Of a stretch of 50,434 nt of DNA, positions 24,764 through 32,372 are shown in pieces. Made by a program: the position numbers and the translations under genes. Under the pieces are notes generated by a model. It worked only from the letters and a program-made list of their open reading frames with translations. It made no database searches and was not told the origin of the DNA. Position 1 is the stretch's first letter. Every line of letters begins with the position of its first letter. The stretch is from the NCBI GenBank assembly GCA_965660655.1, contig CBFIAW010000001.1:1-50434 (forward strand), read 5' to 3'. The DNA is from Candidatus Thalassarchaeaceae archaeon (GTDB lineage: Archaea; Thermoplasmatota; Poseidoniia; Poseidoniales; Thalassarchaeaceae).

Positions 24764-25324
24764 TTAGTAGAATGGGTTGGTCCCCGCATCGTGATCTGTC
24801 ATATCGACTACTGCAGTTATCCCAGGGACTCCCTCGGTAATCATCACCTCTATCCCCTCCTTCAGGGTAACGTCGACCATGCCACAGCCTTGGCACCCAC
24901 CTCCAAATGAGATCATCGCCCTCCCATCATCTACTCCGACCAGATCAACATGCCCGCCATGAGAGGCGACAAGAGGGTTTACCTGGCTCTCGATAACCTC
25001 TGCAACGGACTTCGATACGTCATCAATCCAGAGTGGGTTAGGGTTCTCGAAACTAAAGCCCCCACCCATCAGAGTCTCCTTGTAGTCAAGGATCGTTCCT
25101 TCTAGGTAGGGAGCACTCCTGGCGCCAACGAAAAGCGTCAGCCCATCGACTTCACCCTGTACATCATCCTCCATGGCATCACCCGTGCCAATGAGTTGCA
25201 AATCGTACTGGAAGCCCTTGGGCCCCCTGCCAAGAATCACAATCTTGAGCGCAACCTCATCGTCATCGGCCTGCTCAGCGAACTTATCCAGCATCTCTCT
25301 TGCCTTGTCAGTAATCTCTAGCAT
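24764..25324 (-). CDS. nfuA: NfuA-like Fe-S cluster carrier (degenerate A-type/HesB-like N-domain plus Nfu C-domain)
   Basis: 186-aa ORF. The N-terminal half resembles IscA/HesB (ITDKAREMLDKF...LKIVILG...GFQYDL). The C-terminal half, ...VIESQVNPLVASHGGHVDLVGVDDG...ISFGGGCQGCGM, carries the Nfu CxxC motif. Confidence 0.8.
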   Translation of the reverse strand: MLEITDKAREMLDKFAEQADDDEVALKIVILGRGPKGFQYDLQLIGTGDAMEDDVQGEVDGLTLFVGARSAPYLEGTILDYKETLMGGGFSFENPNPLWIDDVSKSVAEVIESQVNPLVASHGGHVDLVGVDDGRAMISFGGGCQGCGMVDVTLKEGIEVMITEGVPGITAVVDMTDHDAGTNPFY

Positions 25325-25405
25325 CCTATCGGGTGCAGCGAACCATCATTCTTCAACCTGTTCTCCTTTAGACAAACTATTCACCTTGGACCGTATCGAA
25401 CGTCC

Positions 25406-26404
25406 GTGGCGCTGGACACGTTGGGCAGACCCCTGAGGGATCTCCGGGTCTCTGTTACCGACAGATGCAACTTCAGATGCAGGTACTGCATGCCCAGAGA
25501 GAGGTTCGGGAAGGAGCACAACTTTCTGCCCAAGAGCAATATCCTGTCTTACGAGGAGATTCAGAAGTTCGTTCTCGCGTGCAAGCCTCTCGGGCTGAGT
25601 AAGGTGAGGATCACCGGAGGCGAGCCGCTCCTCAGGAGGGACCTCCCCACGCTGGTCAGGCAAATATCCTCATTGGACTTGGAAGTGGCCCTTACCACGA
25701 ATGGCTCATTCTTGTCCAGGGAGGCAACAAGGCTCGCCGAAGCCGGCCTAGACAGGGTCACCATCAGCCTCGATGCAATCGACCAAGAACTGCACTCCAT
25801 GATTACGGATTCCAATGTGCCGGTCAGCGATGTCCTAGAAGGAATCTCGGATGCAGTCCGTAGTGGATTGGGCCCGGTCAAGGTGAATTGTGTGGTACAG
25901 CGAGGGGTCAACGAGTCACAGATACCAAAACTCGTCAACCAATTCAGGGGGACCGGAGTCGTCATTCGCTTCATCGAATTCATGGACGTGGGAAGGACGA
26001 ACGGTTGGACGCCCGGGCAGGTCGTGCCAACATCCGAGATCATCGACTTCCTTTCCAAGGAGTTCGACCTAGTCCCACTGATGCGAGAATCCCCCAGTGA
26101 CGTTGCTTCGAGATGGGCCCATTCCGACGGCTCCGGGGAGGTCGGATTCATTTCCTCCGTCTCACAGCCCTTCTGCGGAGATTGCGTGCGGGCGCGGCTC
26201 TCATCGGATGGAAAACTGTTCACCTGCCTGTTCACCACTCTCGGGCATGACCTTTCCGACCTCATTCGAGATGGGTCCGATGCGTCCGAACTGACTGAGG
26301 CGATAACGGAAGTCTGGACCAGAAGATCCGACAGGTACAGCGAGGAGCGATCTTCCGATGGCCACTCTCTGCCCAAGGTGGAGATGTCCTACATCGGCGG
26401 CTGA
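25406..26404 (+). CDS. moaA: GTP 3',8-cyclase MoaA (radical SAM, molybdenum cofactor biosynthesis)
   Basis: LRVSVTDRCNFRCRYCMP radical-SAM CxxxCxxC. Second cluster motif CGDCVRARLSSDGKLFTC. C-terminal double glycine (YIGG). Confidence 0.92.
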   Translation: MALDTLGRPLRDLRVSVTDRCNFRCRYCMPRERFGKEHNFLPKSNILSYEEIQKFVLACKPLGLSKVRITGGEPLLRRDLPTLVRQISSLDLEVALTTNGSFLSREATRLAEAGLDRVTISLDAIDQELHSMITDSNVPVSDVLEGISDAVRSGLGPVKVNCVVQRGVNESQIPKLVNQFRGTGVVIRFIEFMDVGRTNGWTPGQVVPTSEIIDFLSKEFDLVPLMRESPSDVASRWAHSDGSGEVGFISSVSQPFCGDCVRARLSSDGKLFTCLFTTLGHDLSDLIRDGSDASELTEAITEVWTRRSDRYSEERSSDGHSLPKVEMSYIGG

Positions 26405-27729
26405 ATGGACATCGCCGCCTCCACAATGGACTCCCAAGGTGCCCCGGTTCTGAATGAAGGCCTACCATAGCTAGACACACCAGCCGGGTGTCCCGCCTCC
26501 CTAAGCGTGTCCACAATCTTCCTAGGGCTCGGTGGAGCACCCGTGCCTAGCCATGCAGCGAGGTCGTCCACGACAATCAGATGACTGGCTGAAATCACCT
26601 CGGATTCTTCCGAGATGTGCCTCACGCTCCTAATCACCTTCCTCCTTTCGGCTTCGAACCTCCGCTCATCCCATCCAAGCGGGTCATCAATCGTGAATTC
26701 TGGTCCACAGCTCTCTAGTGCCCGCTCTTCGGTCATCGATGACATCGCCCCTTGGTCCCCCGTCGGACCCACCCACAGGGGACCGGAGACTCGGGGGTCA
26801 CTTCTGTCGAGGGGGAATTCCAGCGGAAGCATGCAGTGCATCGGGAGCAGTTCGATGTCACTCCCATGATGCAACCCCGAACCGATGGAGGACATTACCT
26901 CCTCCCTGGTCGGGGAGTGCACCCTCCAACCAATGTTATCTTCCAACTCGTTAGCCGCAGAAACCCCTTTCAAAACCCTGAAAGACACCCTCAGGTGGTG
27001 GGAGTCCCAGACTGAAACCAAGGGCACAATCGACCTATCGTGTCTTGCAGCAACTCGAGAGAATGTAGCCAGCATTACTCTCATTCCAGAGTCATGGGAA
27101 AGACTGTCTGTCCTCACTCTGGCACCGTATCGCCTCATCAGGGCGGTCCTAGACGAGCCGGTCAGTGCAGCGGTGTCGGTCGCGCTAACTTCCATCACCC
27201 CACTCCTAGCCATAGACTGCATGGCAGAGTCAATGAATGGAATCGGAGACCCATAGGGATCGATGTCTACCCAGTGCCTCCCACTGCTTAGGACCGCCAC
27301 CCTGAGGTCTCCCTTCGTTGATTCCAGGCTCCCTCCCCCATTTGACGGGGGGAACTCACTGTGAGAGGCCTCAGCCCATTCCAAAGCCTCCCCCTCGAGA
27401 TCCACCATTGTCGCGGATATTCTGCTAGATTTCTCCGAAGACAACTCATTCAGCCATCTTCGTGCCCTGAGCCCAGATGCGGTCAAACCATCGAGTGCAT
27501 ATACGGTCCCATCACCGAGCATCCCCTCATCCATAGCGTGCCTGAACAGGAGAACGCTCCTTGTTCTGCTACCTGCCATCGCTGGGTTGTAGAAAACCTT
27601 CCCTGAGGCCTTTGCCCCGGGTCCCTGAGATTCCTCTGGGAGATTTGGGAGGAGCATCAGGGTCCTGCCTTCCCTATGAGGGACCCCCCCACTGCCAATT
27701 GACATGGTTCCCGGAGGGGGACCTGACAA
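26389..27729 (-). CDS. trm1: tRNA (guanine26-N2)-dimethyltransferase Trm1
   Basis: TRM1 family motifs: FYNPAMAGSR, VDIDPYGSPIPFIDSA, SATDTAALTG, GPLWVGP. The 3' end overlaps convergent moaA by 16 nt. The true start could be an internal Met. Confidence 0.85.
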   Translation of the reverse strand: MSGPPPGTMSIGSGGVPHREGRTLMLLPNLPEESQGPGAKASGKVFYNPAMAGSRTRSVLLFRHAMDEGMLGDGTVYALDGLTASGLRARRWLNELSSEKSSRISATMVDLEGEALEWAEASHSEFPPSNGGGSLESTKGDLRVAVLSSGRHWVDIDPYGSPIPFIDSAMQSMARSGVMEVSATDTAALTGSSRTALMRRYGARVRTDSLSHDSGMRVMLATFSRVAARHDRSIVPLVSVWDSHHLRVSFRVLKGVSAANELEDNIGWRVHSPTREEVMSSIGSGLHHGSDIELLPMHCMLPLEFPLDRSDPRVSGPLWVGPTGDQGAMSSMTEERALESCGPEFTIDDPLGWDERRFEAERRKVIRSVRHISEESEVISASHLIVVDDLAAWLGTGAPPSPRKIVDTLREAGHPAGVSSYGRPSFRTGAPWESIVEAAMSIQPPM

Positions 27730-27746
27730 AAGGAATTGGCCAACAA

Positions 27747-28868
27747 TCAGTAGTGAGAGAAGACCACATCGGAGTCTGAGTGAGTAACCAATCTTCCATT
27801 ATCGACAACCCGTCCAACCCTTCTGCTTCCTGGGAGCCGATCACCAAGCCATTCCTCTACTAACTCAGCACAACTCTCTGAGACAGCAATCACCATGCCC
27901 ATCCCCATGTTGAACGTTCGATGCATCTCCAATGCGGAGATCGATCCAACCTCTGAGATCCATTCGAACTCGGGTTGAGGTTCCAGCGGTTCGTCGATGT
28001 GCCACCCAAGATTGTCATGGAGCCGAAGAAGGTTGGACAGCCCCCCTCCCGTGATATGTGCTATTGCTTTGATCGATTCAGGTTCCACAAAACCCCCCTC
28101 ACGCCTAGATTCCAAAACAAGATCTACCACTGGATCAACATAGATCCGCGTCGGGTTCAACAACACTTCGCCTAGAGTAATCGGGCCATCTCGCCCGGAA
28201 AACCTCTCGATTTCCCTGGAATTGTGTTCCGGAGCGAATGGAGCGGAATCTTCCAGTGAGCAACCCGATCTCCCGATTACCGCACGAACTAGGGTGTACC
28301 CGTTAGAGTGAATCCCACTACTGGGCAGTCCGATCAGCACGTCACCTTCCATCAGATTCTGGCCAGTGATTCCACGGCCTCTCGGGAACCAGCCCAGGGA
28401 GGTCCCCGAGAGATCGAGTTCCTTCACTATGCCAGGCAGGGTCGCAGTCTCACCACCCGCAAGCGTCACTCTGGCTGTTTCGCAAGCCCTGGAAAGAGAA
28501 ACACCAAGCGAAGCGTGAACCCCTGGATCCGCTATTGGAACTGCGATGTAGTCCACAAAGGCAAGTGGCTCTGCTCCGACGCAAATCAGGTCGTTCACGT
28601 TCATGGCAACGCAGTCGAAACCAACACCCCCCAGTTGGCCAACCTCACTCGCGATCTGCAGCTTGGAGCCAACCCCATCAGTAGCCAACGCAAGACAGGA
28701 GTCTCCGAACTCGATTACTCCTCCGAACCCCCCAGGCAGGTCTACTGGCGCCCCTAGTTCTCCAGGGGGCCTCTTTGAGCGCGCCAAGGAACCGATCAAG
28801 CTAGCCACTGCCCTCCCCTCCAAGTCTATGTCAACCCCACTGGACGCGTAGTCGAGGGGGTCCTCCAT
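27747..28868 (-). CDS. purM: Phosphoribosylformylglycinamidine cyclo-ligase (AIR synthetase) PurM
   Basis: 373-aa ORF: YASSGVDIDLEGRAV..., GGFGGVIEF, ATDGVGSKL, and the C-terminal AIRS_C pattern HITGGGLSNL. Confidence 0.9.
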   Translation of the reverse strand: MEDPLDYASSGVDIDLEGRAVASLIGSLARSKRPPGELGAPVDLPGGFGGVIEFGDSCLALATDGVGSKLQIASEVGQLGGVGFDCVAMNVNDLICVGAEPLAFVDYIAVPIADPGVHASLGVSLSRACETARVTLAGGETATLPGIVKELDLSGTSLGWFPRGRGITGQNLMEGDVLIGLPSSGIHSNGYTLVRAVIGRSGCSLEDSAPFAPEHNSREIERFSGRDGPITLGEVLLNPTRIYVDPVVDLVLESRREGGFVEPESIKAIAHITGGGLSNLLRLHDNLGWHIDEPLEPQPEFEWISEVGSISALEMHRTFNMGMGMVIAVSESCAELVEEWLGDRLPGSRRVGRVVDNGRLVTHSDSDVVFSHY

Positions 28869-28982
28869 GGCATACCGCAGGGAGGTAGCAATTTCATCCT
28901 TCGGAAGACCAATCTCGGATGCGAAATCTCCACTCTAAAAACCTAGGAATTCTGGCAATATACTGTGTTTTCGGGCATCTAC

Positions 28983-28990
28983 TTATAAAA
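28983..28990 (+). promoter_or_regulatory. Candidate TATA box TTATAAAA for the Liv-type transporter operon
   Basis: The best TATA-like sequence in the longest (176 nt), AT-rich intergenic region. It lies 55-64 nt upstream of the GTG (29045) and ATG (29054) candidate starts. Confidence 0.4.
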
Positions 28991-29044
28991 GAATAATCAA
29001 CAATCTCTATAGGTGAAAGGTATCTCGCGGGGCCTACGGATAGT

Positions 29045-32000
29045 GTGAACACTATGTATAACAAGAAAATGATAGCAATGATGCTTACCCTGAGCATGCT
29101 AGCGGCTAGTCTCGCTGGATGCGCAGGAGGGGACGATGACTGGGACGCAGACAAAGCGGCCAGCGACGTCAGCGTAGTATGGGTGGAGTCCGCTTGGGAC
29201 CCCATCATCCCCAACCTGAATGCCGGCGAGATGTGCGATGTCATCATCTCAGCCATGACCAAGACTGCAACACGCGACGAAGTTGTCGACTTCACCACGG
29301 CCTACTACACTAGTAGCCAGGGTGTAATCGGCGGAACCGGAGCGGCATCCATCAGCGGTGTCGCCGATCTGAATGCAGCTGGTGTCACTGTAGGGGTACA
29401 GTCCGGAACAACATCGGATATCTACGCAAACGGCGATGCAACAAACGATGCAATGCTTCCCGATGCTACCGTTGTGGGATACGAAGACTTCCCAACGGTC
29501 ATCGCTGCACTGAACAACGGTGACGTCATGTACGCATTGGGAGACGCACCCGTGCTCTCCTTGTCAGGGACTCTGATGGCGTCCTTCTCCGATGAGAACT
29601 TCGGCTTCGCAGTCCGCGAGGACTCTGGCGAGCTTCTAGATGCCCTCAACATGGCAATCAGCGCTATCGTCGACTCGGGAGAGTACGACGACATCTACGC
29701 AGCATCCTTCAACGGTGCAGTCACCCTTGCGGACGACAGCACCGCTGACACGGCTACCGCGTACCCTGAGCCCAGTGGATCAAGCGACCTCGCTGATGTC
29801 CTGGACTCCGGAGCACTGAACATCTGCACAGACCCGTTCTACGCTCCTTTCGAGAGCTATGACGCAGACGGTACCGTGGTCGGTTTCGACGCAGACATCG
29901 CGCACGCGATAGCAGACGAGATCGGAGCTCACTACTTGGGCGCCGCGAACCCTACGTTCTCCGGCGCAGCTCTACCAGTGCCAGATACCGTAATCAGGAT
30001 CGGAACTCTGTACGACACAACCGGTGGACTATCTGCTTACGCAGCTGGTTTCCAAACGGCAATCAGTATGGCGTTCGATGACCTAAACGCAATGGATGAC
30101 GGATACGACTTCGAGAACATCTACGCAGACTCTGGTGGCGCAGACGGGCCCGTCGCAACGGCAGGCGCACAAAGCCTGGCCGATGCTAACGTAGTCGCAG
30201 TAGTCGGAGCAGCAGGCTCCGGCGCGTCCACCGCAGCAAACGCCGTGCTCTCCGCAGCAGGTATCCCAATGATATCCTTCGCAAGCACAGCACCCAGCCT
30301 AAGCGACGCTACGGCACACCCTCACTTCTACAGGGTCGTCCCAAGCGATGCACTACAGGGACAAGCCCTTGCAGACGTCGTGGAAAGCCAAGGCTACACC
30401 AGCACCGCGATCATCGCTCAGAATGATGCATACGGAGCAGGCCTAGCAGATGCATTCGATGCCGCGTTCGACGGCACGACATGCGCAAGGTACGACTTCG
30501 ACCAGACGGCTTTCAACGCGGCAGCAATGACTACGGAAGCGATTTCCGCAGTCTCTGACGCGGCAACCACTTGCGATTCGGTCATATTCATGACCTATCC
30601 CGACACGGGCGCCCAGTTCCTAGGTGCAATGTACCTTGCCGGAGCTTCGCTCCCCTCATTCGGAGGCGACGGACTGGCAGGCGTTGCAGCTCTGTCAGAC
30701 TACTCCGACAGTGGACTCGCTAACGGAATGATGACGACATCGCCAAGGGCAGGATCCACAGCAGGAGACTTCCCAACCAGGTGCGCAGCAGACGCAACTT
30801 GTGATGCAGGAATCTACACGGCCGAGGCATATGACGCGGTCATGATCGCTGCTAACGCAGCCAAGATGGCGGACGGAGCCAACATGGCAACGCACATCGA
30901 TATGGTCGGCGGCGGAGACGGATACGCTGGTGCCAGTGGCAACCATGTGTTCCTATCCAACGGAGACGTAGCAGGGTCTGGATACGACGTATGCACTTTC
31001 CGCATAGTCCCAACCTATGGTGACTACTTCAACTGCGAGCACGCATGGGATGCACAGGCAGGAGTTACTGCCGTTCCCTTCGCAGGTGCAACTGTCAAGA
31101 TAGGCTTCATGGGAGACGCAACTAGCCCTGCGATAGCAGGACTATGGCCTTCCTTCCAAACAGCCGCAAACCTAGGTCTGACCATGGCTAACTACATCGG
31201 CTTCAGCAATGGAGTACAGTTCGAGGTAGTATTCGCTGACTCGGGTTGCAACGGATACGAGACCACCTCCACTGGAACATCAGCAGCAGAGGCTCTTCGT
31301 GACGCAGGCGTTTGGGGAGTAGTCGGAGCAGCGTGCTCTGGCGCCTCAATGGCAGCAAACGCGGTTCTTGCACCAGCTGGAATCCCAATGATTTCCTATG
31401 CAAGCACATCGCCAGCACTGTCTGACGCAACGACCTACATTGACTTCTTCAGAGTAGTTCCAAGCGACGTAGGACAGTCCCAGGCAATAGCTGACCTGAT
31501 GGCCGTAAACGGTGAGGTGAGCACCTCAGCCGGCGGCGTCGCAGTGATCGCAGCAACCGATGACTACACAGCAGGTCTCGGAAACCTGTTTGCAGGGACT
31601 GCTTCCGGAGAAGGGACATGGGGCTTCGACAACATCTGCACCAGGACCGATTACACTCGTCCGACCACCGACTACGCCACTGTCGTAGCATCGACCATTG
31701 ACAACGGGTGCAGCGCTGTGGCACTGTTCGCATACAACGCGGACGGAGCAGCCATAATCACTGAACTCAGGAGCCAAGGCTTCACTGGTGAGATCTACGG
31801 GACAGACGGAATAGCATCGGTGACTACGGCCGATTCCATGAGTGATGATCTTCTGGACGGTGTGTGGGCTACCAACCCCGGAACAGAAGCTTCGGCAAGG
31901 GGCGCCCTAGTTGACGCACTATGGCCAACTGACCTAGTTCCACAGGGACAGTTCGCGAAGGAAGCATTCGATGCCTTTACGATAATGGCATTCTCTGCGT

Positions 32001-32263
32001 TCACGCAACTGGCTACCATCGACGCGACCACTGGCATACCAGGCATTACAGCTAGCCAAGCCATCATGGCAACAGGAACCAACTGGGATGGAGCAACTGG
32101 CCCAGTCAACTTCCTGGCCAATGGAGACACGCTAGGTCAGGGATACTGCGTGGGGCAGTTCTCTGTAGCTGATGTCGGTGCCGACGGAGAGGGGACAGTC
32201 TCCTACGACTGCTCCTACAACTGGGGCTTCGACGACGGTCTTGTGGCCATAACCTCCAGTTAG
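29045..32263 (+). CDS. Three-module ABC substrate-binding lipoprotein: type-3 (polar amino acid) SBP module with apparently permuted segment order plus two LivJ/Leu-Ile-Val-type modules
   Basis: Lipobox MLAASLAGC (Cys codon 29120-29122). Residues about 30-240 match the middle and C-terminal part of SBP_bac_3 (WDPIIPNLNAGEMCDVIISAMTKTATRDEVVDFTTAYY...). Residues about 255-300 match its usual N-terminal segment (LNICTDPFYAPFESYDADGTVVGFDADIAHAIADEIG). Two LivJ-like modules follow: IRIGTLYDTTGGLSAYAAGFQTA...VVAVVGAAGSGAS...GIPMISFASTAPSLSD...FYRVVPSD and VKIGFMGDAT...VWGVVGAACSGAS...GIPMISYASTSPALSD...FFRVVPSD. Confidence 0.85.
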   Translation: MNTMYNKKMIAMMLTLSMLAASLAGCAGGDDDWDADKAASDVSVVWVESAWDPIIPNLNAGEMCDVIISAMTKTATRDEVVDFTTAYYTSSQGVIGGTGAASISGVADLNAAGVTVGVQSGTTSDIYANGDATNDAMLPDATVVGYEDFPTVIAALNNGDVMYALGDAPVLSLSGTLMASFSDENFGFAVREDSGELLDALNMAISAIVDSGEYDDIYAASFNGAVTLADDSTADTATAYPEPSGSSDLADVLDSGALNICTDPFYAPFESYDADGTVVGFDADIAHAIADEIGAHYLGAANPTFSGAALPVPDTVIRIGTLYDTTGGLSAYAAGFQTAISMAFDDLNAMDDGYDFENIYADSGGADGPVATAGAQSLADANVVAVVGAAGSGASTAANAVLSAAGIPMISFASTAPSLSDATAHPHFYRVVPSDALQGQALADVVESQGYTSTAIIAQNDAYGAGLADAFDAAFDGTTCARYDFDQTAFNAAAMTTEAISAVSDAATTCDSVIFMTYPDTGAQFLGAMYLAGASLPSFGGDGLAGVAALSDYSDSGLANGMMTTSPRAGSTAGDFPTRCAADATCDAGIYTAEAYDAVMIAANAAKMADGANMATHIDMVGGGDGYAGASGNHVFLSNGDVAGSGYDVCTFRIVPTYGDYFNCEHAWDAQAGVTAVPFAGATVKIGFMGDATSPAIAGLWPSFQTAANLGLTMANYIGFSNGVQFEVVFADSGCNGYETTSTGTSAAEALRDAGVWGVVGAACSGASMAANAVLAPAGIPMISYASTSPALSDATTYIDFFRVVPSDVGQSQAIADLMAVNGEVSTSAGGVAVIAATDDYTAGLGNLFAGTASGEGTWGFDNICTRTDYTRPTTDYATVVASTIDNGCSAVALFAYNADGAAIITELRSQGFTGEIYGTDGIASVTTADSMSDDLLDGVWATNPGTEASARGALVDALWPTDLVPQGQFAKEAFDAFTIMAFSAFTQLATIDATTGIPGITASQAIMATGTNWDGATGPVNFLANGDTLGQGYCVGQFSVADVGADGEGTVSYDCSYNWGFDDGLVAITSS

Positions 32264-32292
32264 AAGGTTAGTTGACCAGTGAGAAACGTAAA

Positions 32293-32326
32293 GCAGCGTG
32301 ACGGGAGTGAAATCCCGTCACGCTGC
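32293..32326 (+). promoter_or_regulatory. Perfect 14-bp stem / 6-nt loop hairpin between the binding-protein and permease genes
   Basis: GCAGCGTGACGGGA-GTGAAA-TCCCGTCACGCTGC. All 14 pairs are Watson-Crick (checked base by base). It lies 30 nt after the SBP stop and 47 nt before the permease ATG. No oligo-T tract follows it. Confidence 0.7.
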
Positions 32327-32372
32327 CCAAATTCAAAAACACATTTCTATGATGACGGCCCAGTTCGGTTAG

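Noticed and set aside
28894-29298. 134-aa minus-strand ORF spanning the AT-rich intergenic region and the start of the three-module SBP gene.
   Set aside because: It covers the probable promoter and is antisense to the signal-peptide-coding region. Its hydrophobic product mirrors that region.
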